From the NCBI GenBank assembly GCA_046563655.1, contig CM102288.1, positions 806,001 through 870,000 on the forward strand: a stretch of DNA of 64,000 nucleotides. Direction: 5' to 3'. The DNA is from Yuukianura sp. NJ FZ-2021. Taxonomy: Eukaryota. Shown one piece after another: positions 50,101 through 62,999 of this stretch. The notes under the pieces were generated by a model. That model ran no database searches and was not told the DNA's origin. It saw only the letters and a program-made list of their open reading frames with translations. Each line of letters begins with the position of its first letter. Positions within the stretch are counted from its first letter, which is position 1. A program made the position numbers and the translations under genes.

Positions 50101-53100
50101 TGTAGGAATCTCCTGTTTGAACTTTCTCCAGCACTGCACGGAGGCTGTACTTAGGAAAAGCGTTGGGATCAGAATTGACTCGATCTGCGGCGTGTACAAA
50201 AGCCGTTTCTTCGTACGCATCCCAAATATCAAACAGTCCACCTAATCCAACACAGCAAACATAAAACTAACTTTAATTAACTTCTTAACTCCGCTAATTA
50301 ACTTAACTCCACTAATTAAATTAACTCCACTAATTAAATTAACAGCTAAACCAGAGACTGGCTCAAAACAAAAACTCAAACCAAAAAGTTACTTTAAGTT
50401 AATTTTGATCACGTAAGTTTTGATTAGACTTTGTGTTTGGAAAATCAAGCACGATAAGGATCGTGGTTTTTCTTATACAGCTTTCACCCACGATTTGTAA
50501 TTAGCTTTTTTAGTTCAAAAAGAAAGTGGGATTTCAGCACTTGGACTTTCTAGTTTGTCTCATTTCGAAACGCATCGTTGGTTGAGTTAATTCAACTTGA
50601 CATTTGCCTTCGTTTCCAAGTTTTTGCTCAGAGTGTTACAGCATTTTCATAGTTTTGTTGTTGAGTGTTACGACATGAATACGGTATCACTGCCTCTTAA
50701 CCCTTAACATTAACAACCAATGTTATTTTCCACTCAACAGAACTTTCTCCTGTTTTCTAATTTTCACTTTTGCTCAAACTATTATATTTAGTATACTAAA
50801 CTTTTGGCTCCAAAACAGGCTCTGTTCTGAAAATTACCAACAACACAGAGATAGAATTGGGTTTTATGTAGTACATTCGGAATCCTTTGTAATGAACATC
50901 AGAGTGTAGGTTTTGACTAAATTTGGAATTTTCAGTTCCATTTCCATCATCGTGCATTCGGAATGCAAAGTGCCTTTAGTTTCTCCCAAATTGGGCAACT
51001 TTCTCTATCCTACTTTTCCTCGTTTTCTAGACTTCTAGACTTTTTAGACATTAGAGTAGTGGTGAAAGTAGAATTCCTAGTCTTTGTTCTTCTAACGGCG
51101 GTTCCATTGGGAAAGTAATGAAATGAATGACAAGAGATTAATCGAACGAGATCCTGTCTCCAAGGAAACACTTCAAGTCAAATGGAACAGAGTTCTATTG
51201 TTCTCTCGAGGCATCTTCCTTTCTCCACTTTCACTCTTTTTCTAACCAGGAAATGACAAATAACTCAAATAAAGAATACTCCAATTTGTCATTTCCTGCT
51301 CTAACTCACGCCATTTTGAGTTTAGCTAACGACGAATTAGAGTTACACTTTCAAAAAATCTCCAAACAACTTTTTTTTGGAAGTTGAAAGCAGTTAGAGA
51401 AAGCACTAGTACAGGAAAGAGACAATTTCGGAAAAGAGAAATGCTGAACTTCGTCATGTTGAAAACGGAAGGAAGAGGAAATATTTTGACGGAGATTTAC
51501 TTCGTTGGAGGCGACTACTTTCTACTTACTGAAAAAGACAATGATAGATTGCTAAAAAGACAAAAGATTCCGTAAACTGGGATAAACTCAAACAAAGACA
51601 CAAAAACTTAAGTTCATATCCTTCTGTTAACTTTAAGTAATCTTAGTTTATCCTAACTTCAACTGAGAGTACTAAAAAATTGTATTTTTTGGAGATAAAG
51701 CGAACTGGTAAACAGTATGAAAAAAAGAAGAGTTTTTAGACCAAAAGGAAATAATGTCAAATTAATCGAAATTAATTGCAAGGAAAGAATTAATTGACAA
51801 ATTTTATCTTCGTGTTTTCTTTTTGCAATTTGTTCTGAAAATTTTCTAAAAAAAAATTTAGATTCAGTTTTGGAAAATAATTTTTACCAATATAACAACT
51901 ACATCTTACCCTGATAAATTTTTTTTGGTTAAAATCTAAGCTTTTCAACGCTACGAATGTGTGTCAACAGAAGCAGTTACATGTACCACGTACTTGACTA
52001 TAACCTTGCTTTTTTTTTCCAAAACTGTGTCAGACTTTTCGAAAAAAGTGGAATTTCAATTGCTTTTTGTCTTTCACAAGCCAGAACCAAAGGTGATAAA
52101 ATCTTGCACCCCCTGGTTCGTTGACTCTAACTCTTTTAGTTTTTTAGACGTTTTTAGTCTCAAGATTATGCTTTCGGAAGTAGAGACTAAACCTAAGGAA
52201 ATAAAAAGTTAGCCTTTTTGTGTTGATTTTCCTCGGTAACTTTCTCTTTTTAGACTTCAGCTTTTTGTCCACAAGGTTTTTGTTCTTGGACGGATGCTTG
52301 ATCCCTTTAGTTTAATTGTTATCTCGTACAAAATGGTTTGGAGTCAAGGGAAAGCTTCTCCTCGCTTTTTGTCTCTTGGCATTAAGAACTGTTTCTACTT
52401 TTACTTTTTCGGAAACCGAAAGAGAACAATTTTTCCCTTTTTTCGGTTGACAATTTAAAAGAAAGTGGCAAAGATCCAAAAGGAGAAGGCAGGGACCAGA
52501 TAAAAATAAACTGCATGGCATGCCGCCTCTTTACTTCAAGTGTTTCCTTTATTCAGGAACAGACTTTTTGGCAAGGTACATTTGTGGATGGATGTTAAGG
52601 TTTATGCTTCATTTCCTGGGTTCACTACTCCTCAAGTACACAACTCAACCAATACCATAGCACTGCTTTCCATAGTCCATGTTCATCTGATAAACTAATA
52701 CAAATGGACAAGAGTTTGGCTAGGAACGGGATTCAGAAGGAAGGAAATGGGGAAAGCAGCATCATGCAACTAAATGAAATCACATTCCAAAAATTCCTTG
52801 TTTACAACCTCAATTTTAAAACGGATTTCAGCTAACCAAATCCGAACATGCCAAAAAAGTTTTATTGCTTTGTTCGAAGAAACATGCATGGGCAAGCCAA
52901 AGTTTCTCGACCCTCCTGTAAATTATTTATCTAAAAGTGATGTTGAGAACTTTTTTTTACATGTTACTAAAAATTCCAAAAGAAAAGAAAATCTATTCAT
53001 GACTTACAAGTGACACATTTTCGAAACTAAAATATTCTATTTATACATTTTTTAACACTATTTTATCCATTTCACGTCAAAATGTTTCCAAAACTGTGAG

Positions 53101-54907
53101 GTGAGCTTAAAAGTACATATATTACTGGAAAACTAATTAGTTTGAAAATCTAGTCTCTAGTTTACTAGAACTTTAAAGTATAAAATTAATTGGTTATGTT
53201 TTATTATTTTTTTTAAATTAATTGATATAAACATTATTTTCTTTTATTTTTATAATTATAGAGGGCACTGCAATGACTAAAAAGTTATTCACAAGAAGTG
53301 AAAAAGGGAAAGGGCAGGTTGCCCATACTTGCTCGTTCTAAGAAAAAGTGGTTGATACTTTGCATTTAGCCAAATAGGATACGCTTTACATATTTTCCGG
53401 TTAGAAAGTCATGTAAGAATAAAAATGTAGAAGAGCATTGGATACCTTTTTTAAACTAGAAAAAGTAAAAGTCATCATATTTCATTCTTTTATGGCTTTA
53501 TTTGAACAGGCGAGGGAGGGAAAGTTACTCGGCTCCTGTCACTTCCAGTCTCTCTCACAAACTTAAAAAATTCCAGTCACACAGTTTGTATTCCTATTTT
53601 GGATGCAACATAAATAACAACACATTGATTAACGCCTGTTCCGCAGTGTTTAGCTTTTCTAGCTTAAAAGTCAACTCAAAAGTGGAAATTCTGGAGAAAG
53701 CCAACTTTCACCGAACTTTTTCAGAAACACTTTTTCTAAATGCATTTCGCGGTAGAATGATTCTGTAACACGAACAGGCATTTTGTGAACACTTTTACAC
53801 AATTTGCCAAAAGTTCCACTTTCTCCAAAAAATTCCTTACACGAATTCCATAATTTTTATTGGTAAAAATATCGAAGGAAATGAATCTTTTATTTGGAAA
53901 TTAATTGACTAAAAATGTCAAAATGGAGAAATAATTTCTCGGATTTAGGATTTTGAAAGAAAGGAATGAGAGATTTAGTATGCTTAGAAGATGGCCATGT
54001 CCACTTACTATGAAGTTCCAAAGTTAAGTTATTGTGGACTCCAGGAATAAGCCATTTTTCATCCCTTCAAGTTCTCGTTTACTTAACATTTCCACTTACG
54101 GTTAATAAAATCCCGCAATCTAATATGTTAACGTCAGGATATTCAAGGAACTTGAACAGAAGGGAAAAAAATCACCGTTTTTCCAATCTTTCCTTTTACA
54201 CAGTTTTAGCCATAGTTACGGCCGTAACTGGACTTTTTACTAGCAATGTCATCCTCTACGGGCAATATATGGCGTTCGATAGTGGCCGAACAAAGTTGTG
54301 ACTTTCAAAAATTTCAATTTCAATTCACAAAAGTGAATCATTTTTATCTTGGCAAACAGAGTCCCATTCTTTGTGCCGAGTCGATTTTATTTTTTTTGCA
54401 AGTTTTTACAACTTCCAGAAAAGAGAAAAGAATCGGCAGACGAAAAAAAAAACGCGAGACTCCTCATGTAAAGAAAACTTCATTGTTAATATGATTTGAA
54501 ATTTTGACAGAATTTTTTCCATCTGACTTTCCACAAGCACAAGTTTTGAAATTTTGATTTTCAAAATTCGAATTTCCAAAAAATACTGGTAAAACTTTGA
54601 CGTCGAACTAAACGATGAGATTAGCGCTTTCAAATTTAGTTTGTTAAATTCTTCAGTTCAATTTATTCTTCATAATTGGACCGAATATGAAAACTAAAAG
54701 TTGTGAAAATTTCGAATTGTTTTTTTTCACATAGATCTTCGGAAAGTTTCAAGAATTTGAGCCAGTTGTTAGTTGGTTGTGCTTACCAATTTTGATTTGT
54801 GGCAACAACGATGCTCGATGGAGGAGACACACAAAAACAAAAATAAAGAAAGTAACGTTTCTGGAATCACTTTTTACCAACTTACGAGCACCGGCTACAC
54901 ACCACAT
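41175..54907 (-). CDS. Ionotropic glutamate receptor, kainate-like subunit, many exons
   Basis: Signal exon 54787-54907 (MWCVAG...LLPQIKIG); ATD exons (GLFDIWD at 50085-50241, [15 protein letters not shown]); S1 [29 protein letters not shown]3 [22 protein letters not shown]2 [25 protein letters not shown]4 [11 protein letters not shown]; last exon ends SKYGKQ-stop. Confidence 0.93.
42842..42979 (-). CDS. iGluR pore-loop exon B (138 nt; ITPYEW...[21 protein letters not shown])
   Basis: TTTGGCAG acceptor, AA|GTAAGC donor, phase 2/2, canonical Q/R-site sequence. Confidence 0.92.
43303..43440 (-). CDS. iGluR pore-loop exon A (138 nt; IEPKEW...[21 protein letters not shown])
   Basis: TTTTGTAG acceptor, AA|GTACGT donor, open frame, phase 2/2, homologous to exon B. 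Confidence 0.85.
47887..48891 (+). CDS. Ly6/uPAR three-finger (quiver/sleepless-like) protein, probably GPI-anchored, nested antisense in iGluR intron 2
   Basis: Signal exon [59 protein letters not shown] followed by a hydrophobic C-terminal tail; 3 exons with GT-AG junctions. Confidence 0.88.
49203..49365. repeat. Five spaced copies of the core GGAGGGAGTAACTA (partly a ~40-bp unit)
   Basis: Copies near 49204, 49233, 49272, 49314 and a degenerate copy near 49351. Confidence 0.8.
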
Positions 54908-56113
54908 TTTGTGCAAAACTTTGCAAAATGAGTCAAAATTGACAATTGGGTCGTAGAAAGTAGCAGTTTGAGTCCATTGTCCTAAGACAACAAAAGTTTG
55001 GACGGGGGAATTGGTTGTGGTAGGAGAATCACGGAGTAAGCTGAAACCAAAATTAGTTTCATTTCACCCGAGACTTGAAAGATGGGATCCTTATGGTTTT
55101 TTAGCTCCCTATTCACTCCTCTGCCAAAAATTACAGAAATAGATCTCTCCTTCTCCGTCTAAACACAAACTGTTGTTGTGAAAGTTTGAGACACAAAGAA
55201 ATCCACGGTGGTCGCACAGTTCCATCGTGGTTAGTCCAATTCTGCGCACTCGTCCTCCTTTTTTCATTCTTAAAACTTCATTACAAAAAACAGAACCAAT
55301 GCAATGCTTCCTAGTTAAAAGCTAACGCCGCTAAAAAAAATTTGGAAAACTGGGTTTAAAAAGTAGAAAAGTTTCTGAAGGTCGGTTTTTTCGTCCCCTT
55401 TGTTTAAACGACAATGAACAGAAAGCATTTAATTTGAATGTCTACTTTGCAAAGAGATGAAAACTTCGCCGACCAAACTCTAATTTCCAGAAAAAGTTTT
55501 CGAAAAAAAATACAAACTGAAATTTAAAATGCTTTTTATTACAATTTTAGAACTTTTTGTTTCATTTGAAAAGCTTTCACTCGTTTACTTTCACTTTTGA
55601 CGTGAAACTGAGTTGAGACAAAGTTTAAACAAAAAGGCGGGAATTTCTTTCTTTTAAACTTTTTTCTTTTTTTTGGTTTCATGTTAGTATTTTTGCCATT
55701 TCTGGAAGACCCATTCATTCATTCATCATTTTAATTAGAAATTCAAATTCAACTTAATTAAGATTAAATTTATCTCAGTGACTAAATTCAATTAATCGTC
55801 TGCTTCACCATCGCGTGTGATTCTGATTTGTGATAGATTGCTGGTAATTGACATAAGTAACTTACTAATATCGATTCCGTCCGTGCGTGACTGAGACTAC
55901 TGAGTTGGTCGGATTTTAATTTTGACTTTTAATTTGACAGTTCGTGTTTAACTTTTTTCTTACTTTTAGCTTTATCGACATCGTCGTTTGTCATTCAACG
56001 GTAGCTTTTGTAAAAGCAGACAGGAGCTAAGGCCTAGTCGTTTGAAGTCGTCGAACTAATGGGAATGTGCTAACCAATTTATTATCCAGTAAATTATAAA
56101 TCGAAGTTCAAGA

Positions 56114-59100
56114 ATGAAGGGAACCAATAATCCAGCAACGGCACCTTCGCCCTCGCCGTCGAAACCTCGAATCCAGGTCACAGTCACTCCGGAAGTCCAG
56201 CCTGAAGTGAAGTCAATGGGTCCACCACCACCACAAGTTCGAAGTGCACTTAAGAAGACTGATGGGGGGATCGGTAAACAAAAGCAAGCACTTCTTGGGA
56301 GCGACCTTGTTCCTCCGCCTATGTCCGAGTTTAAACGTAAATTTCAGTTTTACTTTTGCTTTGCTGTGTGCTATGTAAAAGTATTACTGCTTGGGCCGGG
56401 GTTGCACTCAAATCAAGCACTTACTTAACCGTATGGGTGCCACTGGTGTCACAATTTGTGACACACGTCGGAGTAGTGCCAAATTTTTGAAAGAAATTGT
56501 GACGTAGAAGGTGGGGGATTTTATATGTCACGGGAAATATTTTTGGCTGCACAAACGGACCCCAAACAACACCCTACACGCCTCCATATGCAGAGGCGGA
56601 TTTTTTAAAATAAAAGCGTCAAAATTTTGCCATACATTCCCCCGTGTCACAATTTGTGACACCCATGGTCAACACGCGTTGTCAGCTGTGTCACAATTTG
56701 TGACAACTTTTTCTATGAAGACTAGCCTATGGTACTTTTTGTGCCTCGACTAGTAGCACCGACCGTGACAAAACCGATGGTAGCCGTACGGTTAAGTTCG
56801 ATCTTTGTGTTTTACTTTTTCTATTCTTTATTTCAGTAAAAAGCAAATTGGATCCTGCAGATCGTGGTCGGTACGTTTGTTAACACTTGTTTTTAGCGTA
56901 AGATTCTTGAATAATTTGCTTTTGGAGTAACCTGGAACTTGTGTGTTGCAGGCCTATGGTTGATTGGATCCGTAAACAGTCAGCTCAAGACTCCGGAAAT
57001 TATGCCAAGACAAATGCTGGAACTACTTCAGGAGTGCGGGAAATCAGTGAACAAGAATTAAGTACCCATAATACTTCCAGAGATGCTTGGATGGCATTGA
57101 GAGGTTATTTCTGTTTTCAGTCTGTTATTAACTTACCATTCATCAGTATTTAATTGATAATTTTTGGAAGTGTAGGCCAGGTATTCGACGTAACTGATTA
57201 TGTCTCTTTCCATCCCGGAGGAGTGAGAGAAATTATGAAAGGAGTTGGTATGTTCGATCATTCGGATTAAATCCTAAAAACCGAAAAAAAACTAACGTTT
57301 TCATTACATTTTTCAAGGGAAGGATGGTACCACTTTATTCAACTCGGTATTTGAACATCATACTTAACACCGTTGTACATTTCCGTTCCGTTATGAAACG
57401 GCTGTTGATTGAATTTCAGATTCACAGATACGTGAACTTTGAATCCATTTTGAAAGGGAAGCAAGTCGGTATTTACGCTCCTAACAGACGTTCCAGTTTA
57501 TCCGGGAACGAAGGCGGTGATCTCGTCGTTACCAATTTACGCACTTCTCGCTCTGGATCAGGTGAAGGAAACTCTTTTTGGAGGAGAATGTCCATGTCGC
57601 TTGCACAAAAACTAAACCTTTCCCGCTTCTTGGGAAAATCTCGTAATGCTTACCCTAGTTCCTCGCTTTTGCTGTAAACTTCCTATATTTCCTCATTTTT
57701 AAAAAATTGTTTTATGAAAATACTTTTCAGCCCATGAATACGAAGAGGCATTAATTCCTGCCACGAAGTTTCGGGAAGATAAAAGTCATTGCTTTTTCAC
57801 AGTAAGCTAGACATATAGTACTTGAAAATTTGTTACAAAGCTAGTAATTTTTTTGACTTTTTGCAGGTCAACCTGCGGAATTTAAAGTATAATGAAAAAT
57901 ACTGGACAGCTTCGATTCTTCAGAAAGAACGGCTTCTTCTAAAGGTTGTTACGATACCACCCGAGATGTGGGTTGGCTACTACAAACTTCGTGAAGCCTT
58001 ACTAAATGACGCCATTAGCATAAACTTTGCCAATCGCTATAGAACGATGACTGTCAAAATAGAGAAACCAAAAGAACGTAAGGTTGCGTGTGCGTGGTAT
58101 AAGCCGGGATTTAGGGTAACAGAAAATATTTTTTTTTGTAGTGCCTTGGAAAAGTATTGGAGACGCGTTACCTGACAGTGATTTAATTCTGGATTCAAGG
58201 CATAGCATAGACGATAGGAACCCATGTACCTTGATTCTCAGGTTCGCCAAACAGAATTAGTAATCAAAACGTTAAAAATACATTTTCTAAGACTTTTTGA
58301 ATTTTCACAGGGAGGAATTAGCACAAGATATGTATTTACTAGGACTAGAAGTAAGTCCGTCTGCTCGAATCGGCGTTCCAGTTGGATTTGATGTCAAAGT
58401 TACAGCAGTGAAGGAAGGTCAGATAAAGAAATCCGAACTCAGAGTTTAGAAAAGATTGACATTTTTTAAACTTTTTGTAGCTACGTCTCGACGGTACACA
58501 CCAATCCCACTGATTTTTCATACCGAACAGTACAAACGTTCGCAGAATGAAGTCATTTACCTCGTTGTGAAAATCTACAAAGATGGCAAGATGACACAGA
58601 TTCTGAAAAACGTTCCAACCCAGGAACCTGGCCTGCTTGAAGTGGGTTACAGTTGTGGGAACTTCAATACTGATTGGCTGCATGGAGGCGATACTTACTT
58701 CCTGTTTGGTGCTGGAAGTGGAATTACTCCCTTCATTTCCATTCTCAAGTACTATTTGGATCATAACTCCGCTCTCGGTGTTAGTCATGTGGTGCTGGTT
58801 CACTGGGTCAAACAAGAAGCGGATCTCATCTGGGAGGAAGAGTTTGCTGAACTTGAGAAGAAGAAGAAATGGTTCAAGTTCCTTCCGTCTCTGACACAAG
58901 TGGCAGCTGATGACGAGTCCTGGCAAGGTCTTCGTGGAAGAATTTCAGATGATCTCTTAGCAGAAATTCTAAAGAAGCTTCCCTCTTCGGCAACTAAAAA
59001 CAAAAACAGAGTTCGATTCATGACGTGTGGACCCGAGGGATTCAACTGTGGTGTTTGCGAGTAAGCAATCTGTATAACATTATAATCAAACGGGATTTTG

Positions 59101-59188
59101 TATAACTTTTGATATTTTTTGTTTTGAAAATAGGACGATTGATCGAGCTGGATATCCGCTGAATAGCACATTTATTTTCCTGGGATGA
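56114..59188 (+). CDS. CYB5R4: Cytochrome b5 reductase 4-like (NCB5OR: b5, CS-like linker, FAD/NAD reductase), multi-exon
   Basis: MVDWIR; ELSTHNTSRDAWMALRG; VFDVTDYVSFHPGG; IHRYVNFESIL; RRYTPI; LVVKIYKDGKMT; GAGSGITPF; TCGPEGF; ends FIFLG-stop. Confidence 0.88.
56429..56791. mobile_element. piggyBac-type MITE, 363 bp, in a CYB5R4 intron
   Basis: TTAA on both sides (56425-56428, 56792-56795); ends CCGTATGG / CCGTACGG; three copies of the internal palindrome GTGTCACAATTTGTGACA. Confidence 0.85.
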
Positions 59189-59572
59189 GTCTACATCTTG
59201 GATAGAATCGGTTTGACATAAATCAGGAATTTATTGTAACTCATCTTCCTTCCTATCCAAATTAAACTTTACTTTTGATTAGTAGACGTTTAGCGGTGTA
59301 AATGAAGCGTAGTAACATAAACGATTTAGAAATCCTCTGTGATAACTTGGAAGTTCAATTCTGATTGCAGTAAACATATCGTATAAGGCAGTGGAATGGT
59401 CGAGTGTTAAACTTAATTAAGCGCTACCCAATTAATGAACAGTTTAGTAGGTAATTAATGAATTAGTAATCCCAATTACTAATCAGTACGGCCATGGCGT
59501 TAATTCGTTAATCAGACGTAAATGACGTTAGAATTCAAATGCGCTACGCAATGATACTCGTGTTCTCAAAGA

Positions 59573-59584
59573 TTTGGCGGGAAA
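59573..59584. promoter_or_regulatory. E2F-like motif TTTGGCGGGAAA upstream of THUMPD1
   Basis: Related motifs occur upstream of other genes at 17550, 22357, 38711 and 55636. Confidence 0.45.
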
Positions 59585-59867
59585 GGATTCAAACATTGGC
59601 ATGTAAATAAAGTCGTCCGCTTTTTTCGCACTTGATTTGCGTGTGAGTTGAGAGAGGGTTGTTTTTCCTTTTTGTGGCAAGTTAATTTAATTGAATTGAA
59701 TTGATTGAATTAGTAGTTTCGAGTTGATTACGATCAAGTAAAATATCGCAAATCGATCTGACAACTTCACTGTGGTAAACTATAAGGTGAGTTTGTCACT
59801 GACTTAAGTATCATTGAATGAATACGTAATGCGAACGTATTAAAAATTCCAGGTAGTTCTACTTTGA

Positions 59868-61551
59868 ATGGGAAGAGGAGCCGGTGGAGCTCAAAAGGAA
59901 GACAGATCTCAATTAGATAAGACAAGGGGAATCAGGAAAATGTATCATCATCAACAGCGACGAGGTCAAGGTCAAGGGAACTACCGAGGACGTGGACGTG
60001 GGTATGGAGGACGGGGCCGTGGCGGAAGAGGTGGTCGTGGTGGCTGGGGTAAAAGCTGGAACGACAATATGTTGTTCGAAAATATGTCGGGCTTCCTCTG
60101 TACTTGCAACATCAATGAAAAGGATTGTACCAGAGAAGCACTGAATCTGTTGAACGAATATCTACGAGATGAGGATATCCCAATCCCTCCAACGACTGAC
60201 GCTGTTCAACCGCCGTCCACGACTGATACTGATGAGGCTGCTGATGGTGGGGAAGCAGAAGCTGCTGCTGCAGTATGTGATGTGATGAAATTGTTTTAAC
60301 CAGTGACCTCGGTGTTTAGCCAGCGATAACTGCACTGTGTACTTGTATTCATTTTAGGAAAAGGATCACGATGAAGGTGAAATGGAAACTGACGTTTCGC
60401 ACAAAGACGGAGATGCAGACGGAGCACCACCAGCAGAAGTGAAAGTCAACGACGACGAGGATGACATTGAGGCTGCACTTAAAGCCGAAATTAAGGAATT
60501 GAAGAGTGATGCCGTCCGCCGTCGCTTCTTCAAAGTTGATACCGGTGTTTCGAATGTGATTTTTATCAAAGCCAAGGTATAATGAACTCAAAGGGTTTGT
60601 TTACACTTTCAATTTTTTAGTCGTTCAAATCGTTTTTCAATCGTTCTTGGTTCTAGATCAAAGATGCTTCGGTTTTGGCTAGTCGCATATTTGAAGATAT
60701 TATCGAAAAGCAGGAGCGGAAGTCACGATTTCTGCTGCGAATGCTTCCGGTTGAAATCACTTGCACTGTAAAAAGCAATCAAATGCATTCATATTTCGGT
60801 ATCTTTGTTTGTATTTTCATTATACCTGTGCTGTTAGGCCCATATGGACCAAATTGAAGGCATTTGTCGCATCATTTTCCCAAAGTACTTTGCCCAGAAC
60901 TTCACGTCATTCCAAATCGTGTACAAGTCTCGCTACAACAACAATCTGGACAGAATGGAAGTCATCCAGCTCCTGGCATCTCTCGTCACTCAAATCAATC
61001 CGCTCAATGTCGTTGACCTCACGAATCCGAAGTACTCCATCATCATAGAGGTTGTCAAGAACATCGTTTGCATTGCTGTTCTCAAAGACTTTGTCAAGTT
61101 CAAGCGGTACAATCTACACGAAATTGTTCCTGTTCCTGACGAAGTTGAGAAGTCCGGAGCCGGAACTGCAGCGTCAGCTGACGTGGACGCTGGAGCAAAA
61201 GTGGACGAAGCTGCTCTTGATGACAGTAAGCCAACACAAGCCAAGTCAGCAGAAGACGGTGACGGTGATACCAAGCCGAGCGATGTTGAAGTTATTGCAG
61301 ATCTGGATAAAAATGACGCAGCCGGAGACGCAGTGACAGCTGAAATGGAGACTGAGGCAAAAGTGGAAGACGTCGCCGCGACAGTCACCGCTGACAACGG
61401 TGAACCAGTTCCAGAAGATGCACCAAAAACCGTTGATACTCTGCCGATGGAAACCAATGACCTTGAACCTTCAGCCGAAGTTCAACAAGGCAGTGAGGTC
61501 ATCGCCAAAGGTGAAACCGAAGCTACTGCTGCTGGTAGGATAACAAATTGA
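59868..61551 (+). CDS. THUMPD1: THUMP domain-containing protein 1 (Tan1 homolog), 4 coding exons
   Basis: GFLCTCNINEKDCTREALNLLNEY; DIEAALKAEIKEL; RRFFKVDTGVSNVIFI; KSRFLLRMLPV; VDLTNPKYSIIIEVVKNIVCIAVLKDFVKFKRYNL; RGG-rich N-terminus and acidic tail. Confidence 0.93.
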
Positions 61552-61713
61552 GAATTTCACAAACAATTTTCGCTGTATTTATAATTTTTTTCTGAAACAG
61601 AGTAACGGAATTGGGCAAACATGGAAATATCTTCAACGCAGATGAAGTTTACTACTAAAGATTAACTTAACATCAATTTTTTACAAGTGTATTGCAGTTT
61701 CTGTTAAATTAAA

Positions 61714-62999
61714 TCAATTTACTATGAGTGACTGGGCTCTGGCTTGTCGTCGATTCTCTTCCTCCTGGACAAACTGTCTAAATCGACTGCAAAGGAGACA
61801 TTGGTAACTGTGCGTCGCTCCAGCTTTTTGTGAACCGTCACCACTCTCTCCAATGACTTCATCATAGTATGGACCGAATACTGGACCAGGAATTGTCTCC
61901 ACGACACACACGTTTTCACCAGGGGACTGAAATTTTGAAAATTTTGAACGTCAAGGTCAGAATTTTGAATTTTATACTTCGTTTTATGTTTTTACCGCTT
62001 CGGTCATTCTCTTCTGTCGTTTTAATTCCAAATCTTTTCGTTTTCTTTTTGCTAGCCACATGCGAACACATCGCTGAATGATCCGTGCAGCTTCGTCGGC
62101 TGACATCCGCAACCACTTTGGGTAAGGACGACGCGGACTGAAAAATTCAAAGTTCAAAGGTCAAGGTTACTTTTAAACTGTAAAATATAAATTAATGTAA
62201 TATAATTAATTAATGAAACTTAACTATTTGTTTAGCCATGGAGCTGCAAATGGAATTTGCATCAGAGGAATCATGTTGTCTTTGCGTTCTGGATGTTTTG
62301 GATTGTTTGCATAAAGGTACTCCACGATGTAATCCAGAGGGTTGAACAGTCCAAAGCGACACTGGAACACGCGCTTCTTCCGACCGTAGTTGATCATGGC
62401 CTGAATCGCTGCAAGTAGCACTGGAAAAATGTAGTAGTCCAAGTACACCCGGGTAATACCTGGAATACACATTAATTTATATATTATTTGAAAACACAAA
62501 TTAATATGTGAATTTTGTTTTACAGGAATCCATCGGTGGAGGCTCTTCATCTGGATCGAACGAAGGCAATGGAAACACTTTGTCTTTTCGGTAATTGTAC
62601 GGTGGAAGACCCAATTTGCTCAAAATGATGTCCAACTCCATGAACTCTCCTTCGATCTCTAAAACAAGGTCAACATTTTGAAAAACTTTTGGAAATTCAA
62701 ATGAAACTTTGGTTTGGAGATTTTTTTTCTTTTGATTTTAGAACCGTACCAGTGCAAACAGTTTCCCAGAAACTTTGTTTTCGTATTTGACTTGCAGCGA
62801 GTAATTGGTTGAGACGTGCCTGAATAGTTAGACTCGATTTGAACTCAGAAGTGAGAGGAACTGAGACGAAGCTGATTTTTTCCAGGACTTTCATTTCATC
62901 TTCTCCATCTTGGTCACTTTGAGCTGTGGGAGGCGGTGGGATCGGTGGATTCTTCTTCGTCTTCTTCTTACTCCGATCATTCTTCGAATCTGTTGACAT
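61714..62999 (-). CDS. IQCK: IQ domain-containing protein K-like, multi-exon
   Basis: YLDYYIFPVLL...FNPLDYIVEYLYANNPKH...IPFAAPWLNK, then YPRRPYPKWLRMSADEAARIIQRCVRMWLAKR (IQ motif), matching the IQCK layout as I recall it. Confidence 0.8.
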
